Positions 27,984 through 42,064 of a DNA stretch of 64,000 nucleotides are shown piece after piece. Position 1 is the first letter of the stretch. Each line of letters begins with the position of its first letter. Origin of the DNA: Proteromonas lacertae. Taxonomy: Eukaryota. The notes under the pieces are model-generated. The model was not told the DNA's origin. It did no database searches and worked only from the letters and a program-made list of their open reading frames with translations. The DNA is taken from positions 62,001 through 126,000 of the forward strand of contig NGBS01000584.1 in NCBI GenBank assembly GCA_002245135.1, read 5' to 3'. The translations under genes were made by a program, and so were the position numbers.

Positions 27984-29409
27984 ATGGGATCAAAATCTTC
28001 AAAAGAACCTACACAACAAATACCTCCTCCACCACAAAGAAATGAAAGTATAAGCGGTAAATTCATAACTCTAGGTGTTTCTTCCGATATAGATCCAGAT
28101 AATATATTTGGCGAGGATGTGCCTAAAATAGAAATGATAAAAAGAGGGTATATCAATTTATTAATACTATTTTAGATATGCAATGTTAGTAGATGCAATA
28201 GTAAGACCACCTCGTACTACATATGATGTAGAAGATCTAGGTCCAACAGATTTTGAATTTTGTACACGACATTTCCATAGAAGTGATTTTACTTATACTA
28301 ACTCTAGAGGATATAAAATCTACTCAAGTCATTGGGAGCCTATAGAAAGTGAAAGGCCAGAAGCTACTCTTCCTTGTGTAATATTCCTACATGGTAATTC
28401 TTCCAGTAGATTAGGTGCAATTCCTCAATTATCAATAGTTTTATCATTGGGCATTACATTATGTGGATTAGATTTCGCTGGTTCAGGACTGAGTGAATAT
28501 GATTATGTTACATTAGGATATTATGAACAAGATGATGTAAATTGTTTAATAAAGTACTTAAGAGAGAAGAGAAGAGTTGACCAGATAGTACTATGGGGTA
28601 GAAGTATGGGTGCATCTACATGTCTTTTATGTGCAGCAGTTGATCCATCAATATCAGCGATTGTATGAATATTTTATAATTATTTGTATATATATAGATC
28701 CCTGATAGTGCATTTGGTGATTTAAAAGAACTATGTCTTGAGATTTGTGCAAAATTAAAAGACCATGGAATAAATCTATGGCCAATCCTATATAAAACTG
28801 CACTAAAAGTAGTAAGTAAATCTGTATACAGAAAAACACAATTTGATATCACCAATTATCGACCAATAGATTCAGCAGAGAAGTGTAAATGTCCTTGTCT
28901 ATTAATCATTGGAAAAGATGATGATTTTGTGCCACCACATCATTCTTATGATATTAAGAAGAGATATAATAATAAGACAGGTGTAAATTGTGAATTATTA
29001 GAAGTTGAAGGTGATCATAACTCAATGAGACCACAAGAAGCGATTGAAATGATTACTATTTTTTTATTAGAAGCTTTGCATTTAGATGGTCATTTGTCAT
29101 TGCCTATTAAAAGTGATTTAGTTAGATCACAATTACCATGGGGAGGAGAAGCTGAAGAATTTATGTGTATTTCATTTCTATGTTTATATTCAAAATAGTC
29201 CGTCAAGGAGATTTATTTAATAATGATGTAAGAGTTAGTGATATTAGTTATGGCGATTTGAACTTAGATAGTGAATGGCAATGTCCAGTTGTATATATTT
29301 CTCATTTTATTTATTATTTCTTGTATAGTGTACATTGATTAATGGAGCAAATACTCTTCAGTGTGAAGCCTGTCAATCTTTAAGACCATCCATAGCATCT
29401 GGTTTTTAA
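27984..29409 (+). CDS. Alpha/beta hydrolase with N-terminal MG motif and C-terminal RanBP2/NZF-type zinc finger
   Basis: FLHGNSSSR, LDFAGSGLSE, WGRSMG nucleophile motif, GKDDDFV, GDHN. Last exons give EWQCPVCTLINGANTLQCEACQSLRP. Confidence 0.85.
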
Positions 29410-29573
29410 AAATACATAATGTAAATTTATATTTGAATATAATATATTGATAAACGATCTATTCTCTTCTAACATATTTAGATCAAACAAAAAATAAAAA
29501 CAAAAAATTCTCAACAACGGAACATAAACATCTCTTGATTATCAAGGTTTTTTTATCTTTAGTTTTTTCTAAT

Positions 29574-30264
29574 ATGAATTTTTTGCTTTTTGCTTTTGTA
29601 TTTGCTGTTGCACTTGCTGTACCAGAAGAAGATCCACATATTCTTTGTTATAAGGTATTATTTTTGGAACTATATTCTCAAAATTAGAATCTTGAGGCAG
29701 ATTATCTCGGTCAATACCAAAATTTCACTGTAACATACACAGTTTACAACGTTGGTGGAGCGTATGATATTTAATTGCATTTTATTCTATAGTACTGCAT
29801 ACAATGTCACAATTGAGGATCAATGGCAAGATACTGCTTACAACTTATTAGAAGGTGAATTTCCAATCCATTTTGATGAAGTCTTACCGTATAATATTGT
29901 TCTTTTATTAATTTCATTTAGAGGAACTAACCAAACCTACAATGTAACTCTTTCATCAAACCAAATGGGATATGTTGATACTGTAAGAGCATTAGTAACC
30001 TATTATTTCTCTGACACTGAAGGAGCAGAAAAGAAAGTTGCTTTATCATCCTATTTAGGTGTATTACCATTCTTAAACCCACAACAATATGAACAAGTCA
30101 CAGCCAATTACATGGTATATTAATATGTTTATTGTATGTTTTAGAAAGAATGGATTATTTATGGAATTATTGTCAGTGTATTAACTATTTTACCATACAT
30201 GATTGCAAGTTCATTAAGTAAGAATTTAAACCAAGTCAGTGCCGGAAAGAAAAAGCGAAATTAA
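29574..30264 (+). CDS. SSR2: Translocon-associated protein subunit beta (TRAP-beta)
   Basis: Signal peptide MNFLLFAFVFAVALA, then FTVTYTVYNVGGATAYNVTIED, a C-terminal TM helix and a basic tail. Confidence 0.75.
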
Positions 30265-30438
30265 AAAGAACTTAAAGATTCTGTAGTTTTTTCTAATTTT
30301 TATATTTTCGGGGGAAATATTTATTTTAAATGCATTTGCATACATTTGCAAAGCATAATTCTTGTTTATTATTGTTTAAATTAGGATTATTTAAACTTGG
30401 CTTGAAAATGTTTGGCTCGAATTATTGAGTTTTTTAAA

Positions 30439-33400
30439 ATGCCACAATCTCTCTTTTTATCAGAGGAGGTATGATATTCTTATATATTTTTTCTAACTTT
30501 GCTCTGTTTCATACTATTTTGCATAATAGGAGGTGAAAAAGGCCAGTAAATTGAAAACTGCGAAGTGGGTGATAGATAAAGCAGAATTGGTGTTGCAAAA
30601 TCTTACTACACAAAGGGATAAGTTAGTTGATGACATTGAAACAAGTATCTCTAAACTATTTTAATATCTAGATAAATTGAAATATGAGACAAATTTAAAC
30701 GAGAAAGAACGAAGTTTTATGGATATTCAAGAAAAATATGATGCATTGCTAACCAAAAATACAGAATTATTAAGTGAAAATGAATCGTTAAAGGTATATA
30801 TCACCTAACTCTATCACTAATAGACTATTACAAATGAACAAAAATCAAAGATAGTTGATTTAGAGCAATCTAAGTCACATATTTCATCTCAACTTCAATC
30901 TTTACAAGATCAATATACAAGTCTTCTATCCCAGGATGAATTATTAAAACAGGAGAATAAACGATTAGATTCTGAAGTGGAGGGATATTCAAAGAGATTT
31001 AATCAATTGAATAAAGATTATATTGAAGTGAAAAATATGTTATCCGAAACTAATGTATATAATTTCATATATTAATCAATTTAATAGAATAAAAACATAC
31101 AAAGTCAATATGATAATTCCAATAATGATCAACAAATCAATATATTGAAAGAAATGAACGATCACTTAAATGAAGAATTAAAAAAGAAAACGGATGAATT
31201 ATTAAAGAGTAAAAGAGAAATAAATGAAAAGACTATTGAAATAACTCATGAATTAGAAGTAATAAAAAGTGAAAATGAGATGTTAAAAGAGCAGAAGAAA
31301 TCATCTGATGAATTAATAACTGATTTACAGAATAAAACAATTGAATATGCACAACAGTTATCAAATATTGAACAATCTGAATTAATAAAAGAATCATCGT
31401 ATAAAACTGAATTAGAAACAAAAACGAAGAAAATAGTTTTGTATATTTATTATTATTATTATTATGTATTTTATATATAGATTGGAAGAGAAGACAAAGG
31501 AAATAGAAAGATACAGAGATAGAATAATCAAACAATATGAAGTAGATAATGAAGAATTGTCAAATGTACTTACAAGAAAGAATGAAAATGAAAAGCAATT
31601 ACAGTCACATATTCAAGAATTAATGAACCAATTAGATGAAGCGAATAGAAAATTGCTAACCAATGGAAGTGATGGAGTTAATTCCGTTGATAATTCATCA
31701 TCAACTTCATTAACTCCAATTACATTATCAAAATCAGCTGAGATTATTACTAGAGACACTAGTTATAATTTAACTGATATTTTATACAAATTACACCAAA
31801 AAGAGAATGAAATTAATGATTATAAGAATCAATTAGAGCAAAGAGACACTTATATAAAGACAATCCATGAAAAAATAGAAAAGAAATTCCCAGCAATACA
31901 AATAAGAAATAGTGATTATAAGAGATGTCAAGAAAAAGCAATTACTTTACAAAAACAATATGAGGAATTATATAACGAAACTATTAAGCACAAAGAAGAT
32001 TATAAGAGTCTAGAGTATAAATACAGGGATTTAGAGAATGTATTTGAAGCTACTAAGAAGATATTAGTGGAGAGAGATGAAGAATTATCAAAATATAAAT
32101 CACAACAAATACAAATACAACCTATTAATAACACTTCAACATCATCTCCAATAATGTCATTTTCACCCAATAAATCAATAGATAATACATTCACAACAAC
32201 AACCATTACTACTACTACTAATAATAATATGTCTGAAGCATCAAAACAAATGGATATACTTCAAAAAGAAAATACTCGACTGAGTTTAGAACTACAAACT
32301 GTACAAAACAATCTAAAATTAGAATATGAAGCTAATATGAAAGAAAAAGAAAAGGAATTATCATTTAAACTCCAAGATTATATTAAACAAATGCAATCTT
32401 TGCAACAAGATAGAGAACATCAAGAGAAGATATTAGAATCATTAACAAGCCAAAGAGACTTGTATAAAACTTATTATTTAGAAGAAAAGAATAAGAATAG
32501 CGGTGGTGGTAATGGTAGTAGAAGAATGAGTAGAATATCATCAACTTCATCATTGAATGATTCAAATAATGAAATAATTGAAGAGACTAATAATGCCAAT
32601 AAAGAAGAAATCCAACAAATCCAACAAGAATTACTAGAGCTTCGTAGTAAATATGAAGATGTGGTGTTATTAAAAGAAAAATTAGAACAAGATCTTGAAA
32701 CCATTAAAGAAGAACATCAAAAGACAATTAAATCTACTCAAAATGAATATGATAATTGTAGAAATGAATTATTCAAAGTAAAATTACAAAGAGATCAGTT
32801 ACAAAGTGAACATGATTGTGTTGATACAAAGTATAAGTTATTAGAAGATAGTAATAACTCATTGAAAGATCAAATATTGAATTTACAGAAGAAGAATAGT
32901 GAAGTATGTTATAATTTTATATATAATGTTATAGTATCAATCATTATTGTTAAATCATCAAAAGTTATTATCCAATGCAAGAAATGATATAGAAAGTAAG
33001 AATTTAGAGTTACAAACACTAAAAGTAGATTATAGTACAATCAAAGCACAAAATGACATAAATTTAACCAAAATTGAAACACTTAAGAATGATTTAAAGA
33101 AATATACATTATCACCTGAACAACAATTACAGTTATTGGATAATATTAAAAAGTTTGAAGAAGACTTGAAGAAGAGAGATAATGACAATAATAAGAGATT
33201 AATGAGTGAAAGAGAAACTTTGTTAAAACAAATAAGTGAATTGAAAGAGTCCAACAATAAAGAAGTATCATCCTATAAATCACAGATATCTAAATGGAGA
33301 TTAGATTGTGAAGAATTAAACTCCAAATTAACTTCATCCAATAACCATATCAGTGAGTTAGAGACTGAAATTACATCATTAAAATCCAAGTTAGAGAATG

Positions 33401-35012
33401 TGGAGATTGGTAAAGATGGTGATATTACAACAACTTCAAAGAATGTTGATGATAATGCAGAAATGAAGTTATTACCACTTTCTAATGAAGTGAAGAAGTT
33501 ACAAAGTAATTTGGCACTTTCAGAAAGACATTTGAATGAATATAAGTTGTTATTAGAAAGTAGTGAGAAACAGCTACAGAATTTAATTAATTCAAGTGAA
33601 AAATATAAAGTTGATATGGAAGAAACGATTAAGAAAATAGAAGCAGAAAAAGAAGAAGTTAATAATAAGTTAACAGAACAAATCAACAATAATAAGACAT
33701 TTATAACTGATATTAATAAATTGAAAGAAGAAATATCATCTTTACAACAAGAAATTAACAATAATAAAGCGAGATATGATGAGAACAATAAGAGAATGGA
33801 TGAAATGACAAAAGAGAATACAGAGAAAGTGGAAGAAGCAAAGAAAAGTAAAGATGATTATACAAGGGAATTAAAACTACATTCAGAAGCAGTATATATT
33901 AATATATGTTTATTTATCATATATAGATTGAATCATTAAATGAAGCAAATGAAAAGATCAAAAAGATGTCAACAGAGAATGAATCATTACAACAGAAGCT
34001 TGCTGATATGTCAATTCAATTATTAAAAGCAAATACTCTATCTGAAAGTGATAAAAAGAAATTAAGTGAAGAAATAGAAGAGAAGAAACGAAGAATTGAG
34101 ATATTAGAACATCAAAATGAATTATTATTGTCTCAAATACATTCATTCAATATTGAATTAGAATCATTGAAATTGAAATTACCAAAAGAGAACAATAATA
34201 ATCCAACCAATACATTTACATTACAATCAACATCTGATAATAATACAACATCTATTCCAACAACTACAACAACTAATCAAGCAAAGGAAATAAGTGATTT
34301 AAGAGAATTATTGGTATTTACATCAAGGGAAAAGGATATAATCCAAACAGATTTAACAACATCAAAACAAATACTATTACGTTTAGATCAAGATATGAAA
34401 GAAGCGAGAAAGAAAATAGAAATGTTAAATGAAGAAAATCAACACTATAGAGAAAGAGAAAGTAAATCAAAGAGTGATGAAAATCATGCAAAACTCTTGG
34501 TTACTGTATAATTTATAATATATAATTGTTATTATGTTTTATAGATTCAAGAGAATAATGAAATGAGAGAAAAACTAGCAAAGCTTCAAGAAGAACATGA
34601 TCAATTAAATACTCAATTTGAAGAAAAATCAAAGAAATTGACATTAGCATTATCAAAATTAAAAAAATCTACTCAATTAAAAACAACACAAGAAACAAAG
34701 ATATCTCAATTAGAAGAAAATGTGAATATATTGACAGCTGAAAATAGCAAATTGAATAGTCAAATTGAAGATTTAACAAAGAATCCAACAAGAATAGAAA
34801 TGTCAAAGTATAATGAAGTTACAAGTAAATTAAAAGAAGCTTCACAAACTATAGAGAAGTTGAATCATACAATTGAAGACTTGAATAAATCATTGACTAG
34901 TAAAGATGATGAATTAGAACAGATTAAGACTGATAAAGAATCAATTATTAATGTTAAAAACAAATGGAAAAATGCTTATGATAATTTGAAGAAACAATCA
35001 ATAGAATCACAA

Positions 35013-35051
<39 letters not shown>

Positions 35052-35352
35052 CAATAGAAAGCTCAAGAAAATGAAATAAACAATAATAAAGAAATTATTT
35101 CAAATCAAAAACATCAATTGGAAGAATCAAAGAACGCTCAAATTGAATTAAAGTATAATATAAAATAATAATTATTATTATGACTTATAGTAAATTAAAA
35201 TCAATGTTACAACAGCAACAACAACTTCTAAGACCTACAAATGTATTACCTGCAATGAAATCTGCTCCATTAAATGAAGTTAATAGTGATGTTACAAATA
35301 TACTAAATACTACAGCTTCAGAAGTTTTACCAATTCCACCGGCAATTCCAAT

Positions 35353-35386
<34 letters not shown>

Positions 35387-36368
35387 ATATCACAAGCAAA
35401 AGTAGTTCCAATCCAGCCAACATTATCAACACAATCATCATCTCAAATACCAACACAACCATCGGCATTATCAACACAATCATCAACTACAGGAATAGCA
35501 ACAGAAACTGCAACATTGAATCTACAAAAACAAGCAGAAGATAAAGAAGCATTAAAAGCAAAAGCTAAAAAGGCAATGTTATTGATTAAGAAAACTCCGC
35601 CTGTTTCTTCACAACAACAGCAACAACCACAACCACAAAAGAGATCATCTATTGATATAACTCCACCATTTCTAAAATCATCAACAAATACAGAAGCTAC
35701 CAATAATAATAATAATTCTGAAGATGTTAATCCAGCAAAGAAACAAAAGGTATTATTTGAATTACCACCAAAAGAACAATCCAATACATTTACATTCCCA
35801 GTAGCATCATTTGGCGTTAAGAATCCTAATACTTCACCATTTGGTAATAATACAGTGTTTGGCTCATTAAATACAAATATTTTTGGAAATAATAATAATA
35901 ATAATAATAGTTTTGGTGTAGTTAAACCTCTTAGTAATACTGGTAATCTTGTATTTGGCAATTTAAATTCTGCAACATTGGGCAATAATTCTAATTCTAA
36001 TAATAATAATAATCCATTTAGTAATCCATTTACTTCAACACCAATATTCAAATCATCAGTTATTGCTCAAGATCCTGCAATTGTAGCTGTTAGTATGAAA
36101 CAAACTGAAAAGAAAGAAGAAGTAAGGAATGAAGAGAATCATATTCAACAACAACAGCAACAGATTGAAGAGAATAATAATAATGCCCAGAATGAAGAAA
36201 TGGATGATGAAGATAATAACAACAATAACCGAAATATGGATGATGTAGGTAATGAAGCAGATGAAGATGAAGATAATGTTGTTGAAGTAGATGATGATGA
36301 GGAGAATGAAGATCAACAGGAAGTAGATGATGATGAAGAAGGAGAAGCTGAAGGTGAAGAAGAAGATG

Positions 36369-36402
<34 letters not shown>

Positions 36403-36763
36403 GGATGATGATGATGATGATGATGAAAACAATGATGATCAACAGGAAGAAGAGGAAGAACAAGCTGATGATGAACAACAACAAGATGAAGAGGAAGCTG
36501 ATCAAAGTAATACTGATGATACTCCAGTACCAGCACCTGCTGCTCCAGGTATTTATTTAAATGGTGGTCAGAAGACATATGATGTAGCTCCTTATATTAA
36601 TGAAAACACTTTAACCCAATTTTTCAAAAAAATACACACTAGAATGCTGAGTAAAGTGGAAACTTTTATTGCAAAATTGACCCCAGAGAAGATAGAGTAT
36701 AAGATTAGAAACAGATATGGAAATACAGTGGTTGAAGACTTTTTCAACCAGTTTAAATCTTAA
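30439..36763 (+). CDS. TPR: Nuclear basket nucleoporin TPR/Mlp1-like, multi-exon
   Basis: TPR signature segments SLTSQRDLYK, YTRELKLHSEA, LEHQNELLLSQI and LLVFTSREKDII within a long coiled coil. Acidic tail. Confidence 0.8.
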
Positions 36764-37080
36764 TTATTTTATTATTATTATATTTCAATAACTTTTACAA
36801 TATTTGTTTGTTGTTAATACCGAAGAAATAAAATTGTGTGAGTAATTTGTTAAGTTATGGATTAATGATGATATAAAAATGGATAAAAGATAAATTATAT
36901 ATTTGTTGTTATTATATCAACTTTTGAAACTCCAAATGTGAAATGACACTGATTTTATCAAAATGAGTTTATTTTATCGGTAAAATGTAATAGTATTAAT
37001 GTATATATTTTATATATTCAAAATGGAGGTTATTAATAGTAAGTGATATCACTACAAGATTCGTGATAATTTCCTAACAA

Positions 37081-38582
37081 ATGTCTGGATTAGAGTTTCC
37101 TTATACATATATATACAAAAATACAGCGATTAAATGTAATAATAGTCTTGTATCAGCAAGTTTAATAACAGAATATGCAATTGGATCTTTAACGTTTATA
37201 TAATCAATATTCATATCATTAGATTTGGTGTATTCTTACACATATTCGCAATGATATACGATAAAGAGAAAGAATGGACATACGAAAATACATCCTATTT
37301 ATTACTTCCATTAATATTTGCTTCATTTTTCAGATTTGTAATGGCATTTATTCGTCTGTTAGTACTAGCACGTGGATTAGAATACTTTATTTACATAACA
37401 GTACCATTTACAGAATGTGTATGTGAATTATTATCAATTGCAACTTATGCATTATTAATATTTCAACTTCCAGTATCATCAAAAGAAGGAGTATTTGCTT
37501 GTTTTATTCCATTCTTTGTTGGTTATTTCATACTAATAATAGTGTTTACTATAGTAAATGCAGTTCGTTATACATCAATATCCAATAGAATAAGACCATT
37601 ACAAACGTGGTATGAATGTTATACATTTTGGCATTTTAATATTGTCTATTATTTATCAATTATCATATTTGTAATTTCACTTGTTGTTGTTGCTATTAAT
37701 GAATATCAACCTGATTTCAATTGGTTTTTAATAGTTTGCTTTATTGGATGTTTTCCATTTATTGGATTTTTGATTTGTGTTTCATATTTTCCTATTTTAG
37801 TTGGTGTTTTATGTTGTTCTTCATTTCCAATTGGTCAATATCCAAATTACAATCGAACAATGTTCTTTTATGAAAAATCAGCCATGTTGTTAATCTATTT
37901 GTTAATGTTTCTTGGATTAGGTGGTATAACTATAGCATTTTGGTTGTTTTTATTCCGTTTCATGGAATATGATATAAGTTTTGTATATGCACTGTTACCT
38001 ACAGAAATATGTTGTTTTACAATGTTTTTCATATTTGTATCATTAATTCACAATTATAATCAAATGGGTGTTGAATTTAGAAGAGCTAATGGAATAACAT
38101 ATGAAAGATATAGAGTATATATATAATATATAATATTTATTTCATCTTATTATTATTATTAGACTGATAGTGAAGGTGATTTATTGAGATTAGATTCAGA
38201 TTTGCCAAAGAAATTATTGAAAATTAATAATTCAATGTATAGAGTGATATTATCAAATCAAGATATTCATGAACCATTAACTGCTACTGAAATGAAGACT
38301 ATATCTATGTCCACAGAACCAACAAAGTGTAGTATTTGTTTTGAAAGACTGTCTGTATAATTTTTATAGTTTAATGATTTTTAGAATACTGTTATTTTGC
38401 CTTGTGGTCATAGTACTATTTGTACTCAATGTGCATTTACTATATATAAGAATCCAGATACAAGACATTGTCCTTTTTGCCGTGAACCTATTGATAAGAT
38501 TGTGAATATTGAGAATGAAAGGTTAAGTCAGTTTGGTCAGCATACAATAGTGGATGTTGATAGTGTTCTTACTCATTTATAA
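37081..38582 (+). CDS. Multi-pass membrane protein with C-terminal C3HC4 RING finger (putative E3 ligase)
   Basis: About 8 hydrophobic segments, then spliced CSICFERLSNTVILPCGHSTICTQC...CPFCREPI. Confidence 0.8.
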
Positions 38583-38670
38583 TTTACATACTATTACTAT
38601 AATTTATGTCACTTAATTTTGGTTATTTCTTTGTTTTTGTCAAAATAGATTTTCAAGCCAAGTTTATATT

Positions 38671-39393
38671 ATGAGTGATTCTAACGAATTATTCGATGTA
38701 CTTGATCATAATGGGAATAAAACAGGATTAATTCGAACAAGAAAAGAAATACACAGTCGAGGGTTATTCCACAGAGTTGTTCATACATGGATTGGATGTA
38801 AAAGTGGTAAATTGTTGATGCAATTGAGAGATAAAGGTATTTTATCTATTCAATAATCTATTAGCAAAGGATACATATCCAAATAAATGGGATATTTCAA
38901 GTGCAGGACATGTTGATGCAGGAGAGACAATAGAAAGAGCAATAAATAGAGAAGCCATGGAAGAAATGGGAATAAATTTAAATGGAGCATCTTGTTTTCA
39001 TATTGGAACTGGTTTAGAGTCTTTTAATTTAGTTGAATTGAAATATTCAGTGAGTGAAATAATGGAAGTGAATTTATTCATATTGAAGGATGAAATTCCT
39101 CCAGAATCCTTTATATTAAGAGAGAATGAAACAGCTGGATTTAAATGGGTACCAGCTGAAGAAGTTCTTCATAAATTTAGTAATAAATGTTCAGAATATG
39201 TAATACTGACTGATTCAACATTGAATGAATATTATATTCCATATTTTAATAAAATGATAAATATTTTAAACAACATAAAGAATAAGGAAGATAGTAAATT
39301 AAATATAAAATTAGTGAAACAAGTATAATAACTTGAATTATAATTATTTAGATGAAATTACAAATTCCAGAATTATCATTTATAATTCCATAA
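38671..39393 (+). CDS. Nudix hydrolase, IDI-like subfamily, copy 1 (2 introns)
   Basis: GLFHRVVHTWI...KDTYPNKWDISSAGHVDAGET...REAMEEMG Nudix box. Last exon MKLQIPELSFIIP*. Confidence 0.85.
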
Positions 39394-39502
39394 TTAATCT
39401 TTTTTATTTTATTTATTTATTTATTATTACTAATGAAAGATGATGTAATTATGTTTTATTGTTGTTTTTTTCAAAATAGAATTGTCAAGCCAAGTTTTTA
39501 TT

Positions 39503-40296
39503 ATGAATGATTTAATCGAATTATACGATGTGCTGGATTACAATGGGAATAAGACAGGTTTTATTCGATCCAGAAAAGAAATACACAGTCGTGGATTATT
39601 TCACAGAGTGGTAGATACTTGGATTGCAACTAAAGAAGGAAATTTATTGCTACAATTGAGAGATAAAAGTATGAATAGCATTCTGATGATGTTTATAGCA
39701 AAGGAAACATACCCAGGTCGATGGGATATTTCTAGTTCAGGCCATGTAGACTGTGGTGAGACTGTAGGCGATGCAATATGTAGAGAAGCTATGGTATTTA
39801 TCAAGCATATATTAGTTGTCATAAAATAGGAAGAGATGGGAATTACTTTAGATTCAAGTTGTTTTTATCATATTGGAACAGGATTGGATAGTTTCAATTA
39901 TAGTGACAGAAACTATCATATTTCTGAATTGAAGGAAGTGAATTTATGTGTTTTAACAGAAGAAATTCCTCCAGAAAAATTCATTTTAAGAGAATTTGAA
40001 ACTGCTGGTTTTAAGTGGTTAAAAGCTGAAGAAGTGATGGAAGGATATAAAAATAGTGATTTATCTTATGCTACAATGTGTGAAGAAACTTTGAAATATT
40101 ATATTCCTTTTTTTAAAGATATAATAGAGTATATTGATTATTTCTATTTATAATAGGATATTGAATAAAATAAAGAATGAAGATATTAACAAAATGAAAA
40201 TAAAGAAAGTAAAGCAAGTATTTATCAATTGTGTATTTATTTTGAAAATAGATGAAACTTTCCATACCAGAACTGTCGTTTATATATCAATCATAA
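39503..40296 (+). CDS. Nudix hydrolase, IDI-like subfamily, copy 2 (4 introns)
   Basis: GLFHRVVDTWI...ETYPGRWDISSSGHVDCGET...REAM|EEMG. Last exon MKLSIPELSFIYQS*. Confidence 0.85.
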
Positions 40297-40471
40297 TTAA
40301 TTAGAACATAGTAAATTAAATGTAATATGTATTGATTTTAGATGTCGTTATAAGTTGTAAGTGTTTTTCTTTCAAAATAAAAAAGTTTGAGGCTTGTGTT
40401 GTCGTTGGAATTTTGTACTGCTTTTACTCATTAGATCATTTACTTTTCAATCATTTATTAGCACCACATAA

Positions 40472-41803
40472 ATGTTAGAAAGTGTTCCCAGAGAAAGCTC
40501 TCCTCTAACAGTGAGGGTTGCGTTTGATACTCCAGCTCGTCCAACTCTCTCTCCTTTAAATTACAAAAGATCAGAACAAGCATACATAAATCCTCCTAAT
40601 AGTTCTCCTTTTCATTACAGACCAATGCCATTAAATAGATATACCTCTGACAGTTCTAAGAATATAGCTGATGAATTAAATGATAATATATCACTGCAAG
40701 TACAGAGAAGACATTATGGAAGACCAATTACACCCGATTCTGTAATGCTTAACACAATAAATGCACCAAAAGAACCATCTAGAAATACAAATATACACAC
40801 CACAGTAAGAGGAATAAGAGTTGTACATGGAACAAGACAGACTCTATATTCTTGTAAAAATCCAGTTCCAATTAGCCAGTTGTTGAATTATTCAGAATAT
40901 AAAAAGACACAGGCAGCAACAATAATACAAGCATATGCGAGACGATTTCTAGTAATGAAGAAATACAAGAAAGAAGAACAGATTAGATTAGTATTTACAT
41001 TAATCATATATATATACATTATAAATAGCAAGAATATTATCTATTCAGATCCAGTCTACATCAAAAACTACCAAATGAATTATCAAAAATCAATAAATTC
41101 AAAAGAGAAGATTTGCTAGACACAATTAAAAATGAAATAGATATGGATGTAAAGTATGTAATAGATCCACGAATAGTAGTGGAAGATAAAACATCCAGTC
41201 TGAAAGTACTATTTAATTTTTGTGATATTAATCACGATGGCTATTTAACTCTACATGATTTAAGTGTGTTTATTAAATATATATTAAAATGTGGTTATAG
41301 TAAGAAGGAAATTTCTAATATAATATTTATGTGTGATAGTACTAATAGGAAATTGTTAAACTTTACAATGTTCCAATGGTGGTTTACTAATGATTTTTTA
41401 CATCGAAAAGGAGAATCTACTTTAGAAAAGATGAGAAAGATGCTAGTGTCATTTAAAAGTTCATTTTCTTCTAAATTAGATGTTTATTATGAGTATAAAA
41501 ATATAATAATATATTATCAATAGATCATATTATCAGCATGTATATTTAAAAAAAGAATTTCATCGTTTATTAAAAGAATATAAACAAGAACATCCTCCAC
41601 GATTCAAATGTAAATATTGTTCATTTTGTAACCCAAATCCAATGGAAGTGGCTCATCATACAGTTCAATGTGGATGGGATAGAATGAATCAAATTGAGAA
41701 TAATGTGGAAGGTGACTTTGTAGAAAGTGAATATAGTGATGATGAAGACAGTTGTAATAATGTCAACGAAGAAATCATTTATGATGATATTGATAAAGTG
41801 TAA
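40472..41803 (+). CDS. IQ-motif and EF-hand protein
   Basis: AATIIQAYARRFLVMK (IQ), DINHDGYLTLHD (EF loop), and C-terminal FKCKYC...HH, possibly a zinc finger. Confidence 0.7.
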
Positions 41804-42064
41804 ATTATTAAGAATGTAAATAATATTATATAATTGCATGTTTTTTAAATCACAATACAACAACATATTCTTTTAGTTATTTTTCCAATCAATAGAAATG
41901 TTTCTGTAGATGATTTAAAATATGATTTATTCTTAGTGGTTTATTCTTTATGGTTTATTCCTAATCTTTCTATTAATAAATATATTTTCAATTTTATGTT
42001 GTGTAAGTATAATTCAATTATATAATATTATCACACAAAATGAAAGGAATAATAAAATAAATAA

